A stretch of DNA of 63,063 bases. Origin: an uncultured Oscillospiraceae bacterium (lineage in GTDB: Bacteria > Bacillota > Clostridia > Oscillospirales > Oscillospiraceae). Below are positions 39,636-48,472 of the stretch, piece after piece. The notes beneath the pieces are model-generated. The model saw only the letters and a program-made list of their open reading frames with translations, did no database searches and was not told where the DNA came from. The number at the start of each line of letters is the position of its first letter. Positions within the stretch are counted from its first letter, which is position 1. The position numbers and the translations under genes are program-made. Where the stretch lies: assembly GCA_964592685.1 (NCBI GenBank), contig CAZQFN010000001.1, forward strand, positions 1-63,063, given 5' to 3'.

Positions 39636-40310
39636 TCAGATCACACCGGCCAGCACCAGGGAAAGAAGCACAAACGTGGCCAGCGCCACCAGCGAAATGA
39701 GCATCATGCCCCATTTCACACTGCCTTTGCTGCTGGTGGGGCTCGCGGCGATGAGATTCGCCCGGTTCAGAGCCGTCACGATGGGTTTATATAGCAGAAG
39801 CGTAAGAGTAGCGTTGATGCCGCCTTTCAGCAGGTTGAAGGGCAGAAACACCGGCAGCAGCATGCCCGCCACCACGGAGCGCTCTATTCCCATATAAAGA
39901 GGGGTGATGAGATAATTCCAAAGGACCATGATCGCCGTCATGGCAAGTACACCGCCCACCAGGGACAGGACCGCACCCTTCATGGAGCGGTTTTTCTTGT
40001 AAAGTATGGCCGCCACACAGGCGAAGGAGCAACTGGATAGTATGTTCATGATCATGCCGATGGGACCGGTGCCACTGATGGTGACCATCTCGATCAGGGA
40101 CACGATCACGGAGATGGCAACCGCGGAGAGCGGCCCGCAGATAAAGCCCGCAATGACGATGATCACATCCTTAAGGTCAAACTCCAAAAAGCCCGCAATG
40201 GCAATAGGAATGATGTTGGAGATGAGCTTCGCGATAAACGCGATGGCACACAGCATGCCCACGGTGACGATGGTTTTTGCGCGAATGGTTCTGGTTCCTG
40301 CGTTCGACAT
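39636..40310 (-). CDS. ribU: ECF-transporter substrate-capture (S) component, riboflavin type (RibU-like)
   Basis: A six-TM, roughly 220-aa S-component-like protein placed directly behind an FMN riboswitch. GGAGG SD. Confidence 0.75.
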   Translation of the reverse strand: MSNAGTRTIRAKTIVTVGMLCAIAFIAKLISNIIPIAIAGFLEFDLKDVIIVIAGFICGPLSAVAISVIVSLIEMVTISGTGPIGMIMNILSSCSFACVAAILYKKNRSMKGAVLSLVGGVLAMTAIMVLWNYLITPLYMGIERSVVAGMLLPVFLPFNLLKGGINATLTLLLYKPIVTALNRANLIAASPTSSKGSVKWGMMLISLVALATFVLLSLVLAGVI

Positions 40311-40341
40311 ATGGCCTCCGACGTCTTAAAGTTTAGGGCAA

Positions 40342-40512
40342 TAAAAAATACCCGGAATCACTTCCGGGCACACGCAAGGTAAGGCAGGATACACTCCCGC
40401 CGTCCTCTTCCATCCAGACTGTGACTGTCGGCGCCGTAATTTCAACGGCTCAACGCTTTCGCGCTCGCGGGCTCTACCGCCGGTGGGGACTTTCACCCCG
40501 CCCTGAAGACAG
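40342..40512 (-). ncRNA. FMN riboswitch (RFN element) with terminator expression platform
   Basis: The minus strand reads GTCTTCAGGGCGGGGTGAAAGTCCCCACCGGCGGTAGAGCCCGCGAGC..GCCGACAGTCACAGTCTGGATGGAAGAGGAC, matching the conserved RFN core. It is followed by the hairpin CCCGGAAGTGATTCCGGG plus TATTTTTT (40369-40342). Confidence 0.8.
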
Positions 40513-40516
40513 TTTC

Positions 40517-40544
40517 AGTATATCACAGAAAAAAGATAATGCAA
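40517..40544 (-). promoter_or_regulatory. Promoter of the FMN riboswitch-ribU unit
   Basis: Minus strand reads TTGCAT-16 nt-TATACT, ending about 7 nt before the riboswitch P1 stem. Confidence 0.6.
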
Positions 40545-40572
40545 TACTTAGTTTTTGTGTTATACTGCCCTC

Positions 40573-41073
40573 ATGAACAAACGAATGATCACCTGCTGCT
40601 TCACCGGTCACCGGATCGAGAAGCTGCCCTGGAAAGACAATGAAAGCGATCCCGCCTGCCGGGCGCTGAAGAAACGCATTGCAGACGTGCTTGCCGCCCT
40701 CTACGGGGCGGGCTATCGGCATTTCATCTGCGGCATGGCCACCGGTGCGGATCTTTATTTCGGCGAAGCCGTCGTGGCCCTGAGAGACGAGAAAAGCGAC
40801 GTCACCCTGGAGGCCGCCATTCCATTTGACGGCCAGTCCGATCGCTGGCCCGGCCATCTGAGAGCCCGGTATTTCCGGCTGGCAGAGGAATGCGACGAAA
40901 AGACCATTCTGCACACATCTTATACACCCGACTGCATGATGGACCGCAACCGCTATATGGTCGACCACGCAAATCTGCTCATCGCCGTATACAACGGCGG
41001 CGCCGGCGGCACCCGAAACACCATGTTCTATGCTATGCGGCAAAACATCGAGATCATACAGCTGGATGTATGA
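40573..41073 (+). CDS. DUF1273 / SLOG-fold family protein (YspA-like)
   Basis: ..ITCCFTGHRIEKLP.., ..FICGMATGADLYFGEAV.., ..MVDHANLLIAVYNGGAGGTRNT.. Start ATG 40573 (or 40585). No SD; an extended -10 TGTTATACT ends 6 nt upstream. Confidence 0.7.
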   Translation: MNKRMITCCFTGHRIEKLPWKDNESDPACRALKKRIADVLAALYGAGYRHFICGMATGADLYFGEAVVALRDEKSDVTLEAAIPFDGQSDRWPGHLRARYFRLAEECDEKTILHTSYTPDCMMDRNRYMVDHANLLIAVYNGGAGGTRNTMFYAMRQNIEIIQLDV

Positions 41074-41173
41074 TTCCGGGGCACGAGCTCTTATCCCGCG
41101 CGAAATACAGCAAAACACCACATTTCAGTCCCAAAACAACCATTTCTTTCATCAGAAATTTTATGTGTTATTG

Positions 41174-41202
41174 TTGAAATTTTGTCATCAGACTGATATA
41201 AT
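41174..41202 (+). promoter_or_regulatory. Sigma-A promoter of the sugar ABC operon
   Basis: TTGAAA-17 nt-TATAAT, about 38 nt upstream of the ATG. Confidence 0.65.
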
Positions 41203-41239
41203 CATAAAAGTATCAATAGAAGAAATAGGAGGTGAGCGC

Positions 41240-42760
41240 ATGACGGATGAACGCACCCCCCTGATTGAGCTGAAGAACATCACGAAGATTTTCCCCGGTG
41301 TCAAGGCTCTTTCGGACGTCTGTTTTACCGTCTATCCCGGCGAAGTCCACGCTCTGTGCGGCGAAAACGGCGCGGGCAAGTCCACGCTTATCAAAGTAAT
41401 GACCGGTGCACACAAGGCAGACGGCGGCGAGTATTTCATCGACGGCAAGCCTGTGAACATCAACTCCACCCAGGAGGGCATCGAATACGGTGTCTCCTGT
41501 GTGTATCAGGAGCTATCCATCGCTCCTCAGCTGGATGTGGCTCAGAACCTCTTCATAGGAAACCTCCCCATGAAAGGCGTTCTGATCGATCACAAAAAGC
41601 TTTATAAGGATGCATCCGACATTCTCGGCCAGCTGAACATGAACATTTCCCCCAAGACTTTGGCGGGTGAACTGTCCGTGGGCCAGCAGCAGATGATCGA
41701 GATCGGCCGCGCTCTGACAAGAAACGCCCGGCTCATCATCATGGACGAACCCACGTCCTCCCTGTCCGAGGCCGAAACGGATACGCTCTTCAAGATCATT
41801 GAGATCCTTCAGAAGCGGGGTATCGCCATCGTCTATATCAGCCACAAGCTGGACGAGGTCATGCAGCTGTCCGACCGCATCACCGTCATCCGCGACGGCC
41901 AGAACATCATCACGCTCAACACGGCGGACACCACTCAGGACATCCTCATCACCAATATGCTGGGCCGCGATCTTGACACCATGTACAACAAGGTCAAGGT
42001 TGACATCGGCGAAACGGTCCTGGATGTCAAGAACCTTACCCGAACCGGTGTGTTTGAAGATATCAGCTTCAATGTCCGCGCCGGTGAGATCGTTGGTTTC
42101 TTTGGTCTGGTCGGCGCCGGACGAAGCGAGATCATGCGCGCGGTGTTCGGTGTGGACAAATACGACGCAGGATCCGTCACTGTGAACGGCGAGGAACTGA
42201 AAAAAGGCACCCCCTCCGCCGCCATCGAGGCAGGCGTCGGCTTCTGCACCGAGGACCGCAAACAGGAAGGCCTGATGCTTCGGCTCTCCATCCTGCTGAA
42301 CATGACCCTGGTAAAACTGCCGGATATCGCCAAACACGGCATCATCGACCGCAAGACCCAGAAAGAGCTTGCCGACAGTTATGTGGATTCCATCAGCATT
42401 AAGACACCTTCCCTGAACCAGCTGGCCGGCAATCTCTCCGGCGGCAACCAGCAGAAGGTCGTCGTGGCCAAATGGCTGATGATGGATCCCAAGGTCCTCA
42501 TCGTGGACGAACCCACTCGCGGCATCGATGTGGGCTCCAAGGCGGAGATCTACAACCTCCTGGTGGAGCTTGCAAAGCGCGGCGTTGCCATCGTCATGGT
42601 CTCCTCCGAGATCGAAGAGATCATGGGTCTGTGCGACCGGGTCATCACCATCTGCGAAGGCAAAAAGACCGCTGACCTCCCCATTGAGGGGCTGACGGAC
42701 ACCAAAGTCCTGGCGGCCGCTCTCGGCAAGACCGACTATGTGGAAGGAGGCAACACCTGA
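41240..42760 (+). CDS. Sugar ABC transporter ATP-binding protein, duplicated ATPase (CUT2, RbsA/MglA-like)
   Basis: Two ABC cassettes (GENGAGKST .. LSVGQQQMIEI .. IIMDEPT; second half LSGGNQQKV .. LIVDEPTRGIDVG). Start ATG 41240 after AGGAGGTG. Confidence 0.9.
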   Translation: MTDERTPLIELKNITKIFPGVKALSDVCFTVYPGEVHALCGENGAGKSTLIKVMTGAHKADGGEYFIDGKPVNINSTQEGIEYGVSCVYQELSIAPQLDVAQNLFIGNLPMKGVLIDHKKLYKDASDILGQLNMNISPKTLAGELSVGQQQMIEIGRALTRNARLIIMDEPTSSLSEAETDTLFKIIEILQKRGIAIVYISHKLDEVMQLSDRITVIRDGQNIITLNTADTTQDILITNMLGRDLDTMYNKVKVDIGETVLDVKNLTRTGVFEDISFNVRAGEIVGFFGLVGAGRSEIMRAVFGVDKYDAGSVTVNGEELKKGTPSAAIEAGVGFCTEDRKQEGLMLRLSILLNMTLVKLPDIAKHGIIDRKTQKELADSYVDSISIKTPSLNQLAGNLSGGNQQKVVVAKWLMMDPKVLIVDEPTRGIDVGSKAEIYNLLVELAKRGVAIVMVSSEIEEIMGLCDRVITICEGKKTADLPIEGLTDTKVLAAALGKTDYVEGGNT

Positions 42761-43752
42761 TGGAAAAAATCAAAGCCGGCTGGAAGCGCATCATGTCCTT
42801 TAGCGGCAGCGGCGTTTTCCTGGCCATGATCGCGTTCGTCATCCTGGTCTCCGTTCTCGCCCCCTTCATCACCGGCGGCAACTTCCTGACCTGGACGAAC
42901 ATCATGAACGTCTTCCGCCAGCAGGCCCACATCGGCATCATCTGCTGCGCCATGACCTATGTCATCATCACCGGCAACATTGACCTGTCCGTTGGCTCTC
43001 TTCTGACCCTGCTGACCGTTCTCTGTGCCAAGTTCACCAACGTAAGCCCCATCTTTGCCATTTTCGCCACGCTGGCCCTGGGCCTTGTGGCCGGCGCCAT
43101 CAACGGCGCTCTGGTGGCAGGTCTCAAGCTCAACGCCTTCATCACCACGCTGGGTACCGGCTCCATCTTCGGCGCGCTGACCATGATCATCGCCTCCGGC
43201 CACACCGTCCGTGTGGATGAGCCCATCTTCAACTTCATCGGCTCCGGCAAATTCCTGGGCATTATCCCCTTCCCCATCGTGCTGTGCCTGGTCGTCATCC
43301 TGATTTTCGCGTTCATTCTGAAACGCACCGTCTTCGGCCAGCGGCTGTATGCCATCGGCGCGAACCCCAAGGCCTCCCGCTACTCCGGTATCCGGGCTCA
43401 GAAGGATGTTTTCACCACTTACTGCCTAAGCGGCCTTTGCTGCGGCATCGCCGCCGTCATCTACATCGCCCGAAGCGTTTCCGCGAACCCCCAGCTTGCC
43501 TCCGGCAAGGAAATGGATATCATTTTGGCCGTCGTTCTGGGCGGCACCAGTGTTCTGGGCGGCAAGGGTTCCATCTGGAGCAGCGTTGTCGGTTTCCTGT
43601 TCATCGGTTTCCTGTCCGCGGGCTTCACATTCCTTGGACTGAACCAGTACATGCAGTGGATCATCATGGGCGTTATCCTTGTTTGCGCCCTTGCGATGGA
43701 CGTAGCCAATGAAAGGGGGGTCAAGCTGTGGAAAAGAAAAACAAACTCGTAA
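42760..43752 (+). CDS. CUT2 ABC transporter permease (RbsC-like) 1
   Basis: About 10 TM helices with the ..GNIDLSVGS.. signature. Its start overlaps the ATPase stop. Confidence 0.9.
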   Translation: MEKIKAGWKRIMSFSGSGVFLAMIAFVILVSVLAPFITGGNFLTWTNIMNVFRQQAHIGIICCAMTYVIITGNIDLSVGSLLTLLTVLCAKFTNVSPIFAIFATLALGLVAGAINGALVAGLKLNAFITTLGTGSIFGALTMIIASGHTVRVDEPIFNFIGSGKFLGIIPFPIVLCLVVILIFAFILKRTVFGQRLYAIGANPKASRYSGIRAQKDVFTTYCLSGLCCGIAAVIYIARSVSANPQLASGKEMDIILAVVLGGTSVLGGKGSIWSSVVGFLFIGFLSAGFTFLGLNQYMQWIIMGVILVCALAMDVANERGVKLWKRKTNS

Positions 43753-44696
43753 AGCTTCTCAAAGACTATAACGCTGTTGTAATCCTTCTTCTTCTGGGCA
43801 TTATCGCAACGTTCTTCGTGGATGGTTTCTCCAAGAATTTTGACCGTGTGCTGGTAGAGGCCAGTCTCTACGGCATGATCGCCGTGGGCCTCGGTCTGGT
43901 TATGGTCACGGGCAACATCGATCTTTCCGTCGGTTTTCAGGCCGCCTGCGCCGCCGTTATGGCCGTTCTGGTCTATAACGTCACCAGCGGCAACCTCATC
44001 CTGGCCGCCGTCATGGCTATCATCACCGGCATCATCACCGGCGCCATCAACGGCTTCGCCGTCGTGAAACTTGGCATCAGTCCTCTGATCGCCACCATCG
44101 CCACAAACTACATCTACAAAGGCTTCGTCTACTTCTTTACCAAAGACGGCGCCATTTACCCCGAAGGAGAGCTTCGCCGCCAGTTCCAGACTTCTCTGGC
44201 CAAGAAGACACTCTTTGATGTGGACGCTCTGGCTGTCACTGTTCTGATCGTTCTGGCCGTTCTGATCGTTCTGTATTTCATCATGCGCAAGACACGCTTC
44301 GGCGTCAGCCTCTACATCGCGGGCGACAACGCTGAGGCCGGCCAGTTCGCCGGCATCGACATCAAGCAGTCCGTCTGGATCACCTATATCCTCTGCGGCG
44401 TCTGCTGTGCCGTCGCCGGTCTGTTCCTGGCCTCCAACGCCGGCTCCGCCATCTATTCCCAGGGCGAAGGCCGCGACGTGTTCGCCATTTCCGCCTGCAT
44501 CATCGGCGGCATCAAAATGGCCGGCGGCAAGGGAACCATGGTGAATCTCCTTCTCGGTATCCTCATCATGCGCGTGATCTCCACCGCCATGGACATGATG
44601 CTCATCCCCGCCGCCTGGGTCGATTTCGTCTCCGGCGCGCTACTGATCGTCATCCTGATCATTGACCGCTTCACCGCTGTCAAAAAAGAAGATTGA
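43728..44696 (+). CDS. CUT2 ABC transporter permease (RbsC-like) 2
   Basis: GTG start after AAAGGGGGG. ..GNIDLSVGF.. signature; polytopic. Confidence 0.9.
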   Translation: MEKKNKLVKLLKDYNAVVILLLLGIIATFFVDGFSKNFDRVLVEASLYGMIAVGLGLVMVTGNIDLSVGFQAACAAVMAVLVYNVTSGNLILAAVMAIITGIITGAINGFAVVKLGISPLIATIATNYIYKGFVYFFTKDGAIYPEGELRRQFQTSLAKKTLFDVDALAVTVLIVLAVLIVLYFIMRKTRFGVSLYIAGDNAEAGQFAGIDIKQSVWITYILCGVCCAVAGLFLASNAGSAIYSQGEGRDVFAISACIIGGIKMAGGKGTMVNLLLGILIMRVISTAMDMMLIPAAWVDFVSGALLIVILIIDRFTAVKKED

Positions 44697-44753
44697 TAAA
44701 CCGGAAAACCGGAATCAATAAACACAGTCATCAATTAAGAAAGGACGAAAAAC

Positions 44754-45785
44754 ATGAAAAGACTGATCTCTCTTCTCCTCGCTCTTGTCATGGTGCTCTG
44801 CCTCTGCGCCTGCGGCGGCACCACCGAAGAGGCTGCCGCTCCCGCTGAAGAAGCTGCTGCCCCCGCTGAGGCCGCTCCCGAGGCCGCTGCTCCCGCCGAT
44901 GGCGAGCCCCTGACCATCGCCGTCTCCACCATCGCTTACTCCATCGCCGTTCTGCCCCAGGTTCTGATCGACAACCTGGAAGCCCTGTGCGACGAAAACG
45001 GCTGGAAGTTCGAGATGCTGGCTGCCGAGGGCGACGCTATGCTCCAGGGCGAGCAGATCTCCACCCTGGTCTCCAAGGAGCCCGACTATCTGGTCATCTT
45101 CCCCGCCGACCCCACTCTGGCCATCGACTGGTGCCAGGAAGCCTATGACAACGGCGTGCCCACCATCTGCATGCACGTTGACGTTGATGAATCCTGCAAG
45201 ATCGACGGCACCTGCATCGCTTACTGCGGCATCGACAACAACGCTGTTGCCACCTCCATCTATGAGTACATGGTCGAGCTCAACGGCGCTGACGCTGCTA
45301 TGAACATCGTCGAGATCGGCGGCGTTCCCGTTCAGGCTGACTACATTGTCCGCACCGGCACCTTCAACGACTCCATCGCCGGCACCGGCTACACCCAGCT
45401 GGGCGACATCGCTTGGGCTTACTCCTCCCGCGCCGATGCTCAGACCTACATGGAGCAGTTCATCGGTTCCTACGGCGACCAGATCGACATCCTTGTCGGC
45501 TTTGACGACGACCTGACCATGGGCGGCGTGAACGCTCTGCAGGAAGCCGGCATGACCGACGTTCAGGTCTACTCCATCACCGGCCAGAAGGAAGCCATGC
45601 AGGCCATCCAGGACGGCAAGATGACCATGACCGTCTTCACTCCCACCGCTGCCATCGCTCAGAAGGTCGTTGACGTTATCAACGCTGTCGAGGCTGGCGA
45701 GACTGTTGAGTACTATCAGTACATCGACGCTCCCATCGTGGACGCTTCCAACGTTGCTGAGTACGCTCCTCAGGCTGAGTTCTAA
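44754..45785 (+). CDS. Sugar ABC substrate-binding lipoprotein (periplasmic-binding-protein type I)
   Basis: Lipobox LCLCACGG, an Ala/Glu/Pro linker and then a PBP fold. Very strong codon bias. Confidence 0.85.
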   Translation: MKRLISLLLALVMVLCLCACGGTTEEAAAPAEEAAAPAEAAPEAAAPADGEPLTIAVSTIAYSIAVLPQVLIDNLEALCDENGWKFEMLAAEGDAMLQGEQISTLVSKEPDYLVIFPADPTLAIDWCQEAYDNGVPTICMHVDVDESCKIDGTCIAYCGIDNNAVATSIYEYMVELNGADAAMNIVEIGGVPVQADYIVRTGTFNDSIAGTGYTQLGDIAWAYSSRADAQTYMEQFIGSYGDQIDILVGFDDDLTMGGVNALQEAGMTDVQVYSITGQKEAMQAIQDGKMTMTVFTPTAAIAQKVVDVINAVEAGETVEYYQYIDAPIVDASNVAEYAPQAEF

Positions 45786-45806
45786 TTTCAGAATTCCCAC
45801 AAACCG

Positions 45807-45838
45807 ACTCCCCGTCCGATCGGACGGGGAGTTTTTTA
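45807..45838 (+). terminator. Intrinsic terminator after the ABC operon
   Basis: ACTCCCCGTCCG/CGGACGGGGAGT palindromic stem followed by TTTTTT. Confidence 0.85.
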
Positions 45839-45868
45839 AAAAAGATTCGCAAAACCGAAAAAAAGGTA

Positions 45869-45897
45869 TTGACATTTCCTCCGTTCTGCGGTAATAT
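45869..45897 (+). promoter_or_regulatory. Sigma-A promoter of tRNA-Val
   Basis: TTGACA-17 nt-TAATAT, 24 nt upstream of the tRNA 5' end. Confidence 0.7.
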
Positions 45898-45921
45898 AGT
45901 CAAGCTGAAACAAACGAATAC

Positions 45922-45997
45922 GGACGATTGGCGCAGCTGGTAGCGCATCCGCTTGACGTGCGGGAGGTCACAAGTTCGAGTCTTGTATCGTCCACCA
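45922..45997 (+). tRNA. tRNA-Val (anticodon GAC), CCA encoded
   Basis: Hand-folded cloverleaf. Acceptor GGACGAT/ATCGTCC, D-stem GCGC/GCGC, anticodon stem TCCGC/GCGGG with loop TTGACGT, T-arm ACAAG-TTCGAGT-CTTGT and a 3' ACCA. Confidence 0.95.
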
Positions 45998-46005
45998 TCT
46001 TAAAG

Positions 46006-46037
46006 CCCTTGAAACGACTGAGTTTCGAGGGTTTTTT
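46006..46037 (+). terminator. Intrinsic terminator after tRNA-Val
   Basis: CCCTTGAAAC/GTTTCGAGGG stem (one G-U pair) followed by TTTTTT. Confidence 0.8.
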
Positions 46038-46218
46038 GTTGTCAAAAATGTCGAGTACCCTACACCGTCTTCCTTCCCTGTCATTTTTGAAAAATTGGCA
46101 TGAAAATGCACCCGGCTTTCGCCGGGTGCTAAATAATTTGACAGGTGCGCAGTTTTGTGAGAGGGTGCTGTTGATAGCCGTGACGGGACTCATCCTCGCG
46201 ATTTTAAACAAGAAGTAA

Positions 46219-46252
46219 CATCTACCGGCTCATCGCACTGAGCCGGTAGATG
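46219..46252 (-). terminator. Strong hairpin downstream of the orphan gene (probable terminator)
   Basis: Perfect 14-bp stem CATCTACCGGCTCA/TGAGCCGGTAGATG with a 6-nt loop. The minus-strand 3' flank is TTACTTCTTGTTT. A second GAAA-tetraloop hairpin lies at 46108-46129. Confidence 0.55.
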
Positions 46253-46358
46253 AACCCAAGGTCAAAACAAACGCGGGCGAGCAATTTAAATATGCGTGGT
46301 GCGAATGCGCAGATAAGATAACCAGATCGAACTCCGCCTTAAAGCTAGAGTCACTTCG

Positions 46359-47144
46359 TCATTGCCCCAGGAAGGACGATGCGTCGTATATTCGGATTTC
46401 ATTGGTACGTAGCCCGTAATACTTGTCATCGTTGTTTGGGAATTCGATTAGATCGCTTCTACTCAACAAATGATCCATACCCCATCTTTCGGCCATTCGA
46501 TCTACAAAATCAGGATATTTCTTGCTGAGTTTTTCCTCATGCTCATATGACAATCTGTCTGCAACAATCCTCTTATGCAAACCTTGTTTCCCGATACTAG
46601 CATAATGTTGTTCCTCAAGCAATTCTAACCGAATCCTGATTGCGGTTTCATGCTCAATTATCCAGAATGGGTCAACCCCTTTGGCCCGAAGGATTTTTTC
46701 GATATAATATCGAAACCTATCCTCTTCGTCGTCCCCTGTTCTTATGTTACCATGTGCGGCTTTAATGTCACTTGCAAGACCATTAGCTGCGAGTAGCAGA
46801 TGTTTTGCGTGTTTTATTCGTCCGTCGTAGTAAGTCTTACCGTTTTTCACCCACGCTTGACACTCCTTCTTACTATTAACAACACCAAATAGCCACTTCG
46901 TATAATCATCTTCCGGATCTAGGTATTTAGAGAGACTCTTTACGATATCGGGCCAATTTTTTGTGTACCTGACAAAATGCCAAACGTCAGCTTCAATCTT
47001 ATCATTGGTATGCTTCGAAATCCATTCTTCCTTTGGTGAATAGAAAACCTTCCACGCTCTTTCGCGGAAACTGCCACTCCCGCTCTCCCGAGCAAGGACT
47101 CCGCCTCCCGCAAACACCCACAACAAGCTACTAAGAACACCCAT
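46359..47144 (-). CDS. Orphan AT-rich gene: 261-aa protein with one N-terminal hydrophobic helix and a charged helical body; no family recognised
   Basis: Track ORF 46359..47150 starts at GTG abutting the SD. ATG 47144 lies 6 nt after GGAGGT. Its composition is clearly AT-richer than the flanks. Confidence 0.6.
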   Translation of the reverse strand: MGVLSSLLWVFAGGGVLARESGSGSFRERAWKVFYSPKEEWISKHTNDKIEADVWHFVRYTKNWPDIVKSLSKYLDPEDDYTKWLFGVVNSKKECQAWVKNGKTYYDGRIKHAKHLLLAANGLASDIKAAHGNIRTGDDEEDRFRYYIEKILRAKGVDPFWIIEHETAIRIRLELLEEQHYASIGKQGLHKRIVADRLSYEHEEKLSKKYPDFVDRMAERWGMDHLLSRSDLIEFPNNDDKYYGLRTNEIRIYDASSFLGQ

Positions 47145-47245
47145 ACTCACACCTCCAATTTACACCATTTTACTCCACCTACCACGAATTATCAACACCC
47201 GTTAGATAGGACGGCCTCATTACCTGCCGTCATTTTTGTTTGTTG

Positions 47246-47277
47246 AAAAACCGCCGCGCAAACGCACGGCGGTTTTT
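47246..47277. terminator. Bidirectional terminator between the orphan gene's upstream region and the ECF-S gene
   Basis: AAAAACCGCCG..CGGCGGTTTTT. Confidence 0.75.
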
Positions 47278-47280
47278 CTG

Positions 47281-47799
47281 TTATGCTCGCTGTATTTGGT
47301 TCTCCACACGCTGGATGATATTTACGATCGGAAGGATTAGCGTGCCGCAGACAAAATTGCTGATGCCGTGCACACAGTCCCACGGAAGGCCCGCAAGGAC
47401 CCAGGCAATCATTCCCTGAAAGTCCAGTCCGAAAAACAACGCCTGAGCCGGCGCATAGAGCGTTCCATAAAGGAACCCATGAGCCGCGCAGACAGACATA
47501 TACACGATCGGGCGGATTTTCTTTGGCATGTTTTGAGGCAGGAGCATGACCGCGCCCCACAGTACCGTCCACAGATAAAGATGCGGTATCCACCATGTGG
47601 CAAACCCCGCAAACAGGCCGGCCAGAAAAACGAACGTATAAATGGGATACAGGGCCTTTTTCCGATAGACGACCGTCAGCGCCACGGTGAGCACACCCAG
47701 CAGATGAATATTCGGCGCTGCCTCCATGAGAAGTTTGGAGGCATACATAAGCGCGCCAAACATCCCAAACACCGCGATCTCTTTTGCACTGAGCTTCAT
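47281..47799 (-). CDS. ECF-type S-component-like membrane protein, B12-riboswitch controlled (CbrT-like candidate)
   Basis: Start ATG 47799 (MKLSAKEIAVFGMFGALMYASK..), which overlaps the DUF4430 stop (ATGA). AAGGTGG SD. About 6 TM helices in 172 aa. Confidence 0.6.
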   Translation of the reverse strand: MKLSAKEIAVFGMFGALMYASKLLMEAAPNIHLLGVLTVALTVVYRKKALYPIYTFVFLAGLFAGFATWWIPHLYLWTVLWGAVMLLPQNMPKKIRPIVYMSVCAAHGFLYGTLYAPAQALFFGLDFQGMIAWVLAGLPWDCVHGISNFVCGTLILPIVNIIQRVENQIQRA

Positions 47800-48242
47800 T
47801 TTTCCACCTTCATGGAATATGTGACGCCTGCTTCCACATCGGTGGTATCCACGCCAGACATGGCATATTCCCCGTTGATATAGAAGGCCCAATAGGTGCC
47901 ATTCACCTCATAATCCGCGGTAATGCCGTTGACCGACTTGACATACAGGCCAAAATCCCCGGCCTCACCGGCAAGGATCCCGGTGTCCAGCAGCGCCTCC
48001 CCGACGGTTTCCCTGTCGGTCCGCACTTCAAAGATGGATTCCTTTCCCTCCCCGTCGGTGACGGTGAAGATGAAGGACACGGCGCCTTCCCCCAGAACCG
48101 AGCCACTCTCATAAGAAGCGCTCGTTATTTCAGCGGTCTGGGTATTTTTGTCGCTGCAGCCCGTTGCCGTCAGTGCCATAGCCGCAATCAGCACCATGCA
48201 AAGGATAAGCGACAGAAGCTTTTTCATCTGTGTCTTCTGCAT
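47796..48242 (-). CDS. DUF4430-domain lipoprotein (transcobalamin-like B12-binding fold family)
   Basis: Lipobox LTATGCSD. The C-terminal ..GLYVKSVNGITADYEVNGTYWAFYINGEYAMSGVD.. matches the DUF4430 pattern. AAGGAG SD. Confidence 0.7.
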   Translation of the reverse strand: MQKTQMKKLLSLILCMVLIAAMALTATGCSDKNTQTAEITSASYESGSVLGEGAVSFIFTVTDGEGKESIFEVRTDRETVGEALLDTGILAGEAGDFGLYVKSVNGITADYEVNGTYWAFYINGEYAMSGVDTTDVEAGVTYSMKVEK

Positions 48243-48261
48243 ATTGCATACTCCTTATTAA

Positions 48262-48466
48262 ATTATTCCCTCTCTGACCGGCACTCGCAGTCTTTTGAGC
48301 GAGGTTATGGACGCACGGATATTTCGACTCGGCGCGCTGCTTATCCGCCTTCTCAGATCGCTCCAATGGCTTGTCCCGGATTTGCGGCATCCGGTAGGAT
48401 AAACGGCATTTCTGCGCCTCACGGCGACGGGCTCGTACAGGATTTGCACCTGTTTCCCCATGCGAC
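48262..48466 (-). ncRNA. Cobalamin (B12) riboswitch candidate
   Basis: The minus strand reads ..GGGGAAACAGGTGCAAATCCTGTACGAGCCCGTCGCCGTGAGG..CCGGGACAAGCC.., resembling the conserved GGGAA..GGTG.AA.TCC..C.G.CCCGC..C.GT.A core. The B12-box region is less clear. The context (DUF4430 + ECF-S) supports the call. Confidence 0.6.
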
Positions 48467-48472
48467 CACGGA

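Noticed and set aside
46049-46218. Plus-strand small ORF in the islet (MSSTLHRL..VLLIAVTGLILAILNKK), considered as a type I toxin-like hydrophobic peptide convergent with the orphan gene
   Set aside because: It has no SD and starts right after the tRNA terminator, with no credible -10 (the TTGACA at 46138 is not followed by one). A stable hairpin (46108-46129) sits inside it. The hydrophobic part alone would be only about 15-17 aa from TTG/GTG.
46000-47280. Direct repeat of the tRNA-Val 3' end at the far side of the islet (a classic att duplication)
   Set aside because: Only a 6-nt match (TCCACC) was found near 47175, and no integrase is present. The only flanking repeat I can support is the 10-nt GTCATTTTTG, which is T-rich and could be chance. 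It is therefore reported only as a weak clue within the islet finding.
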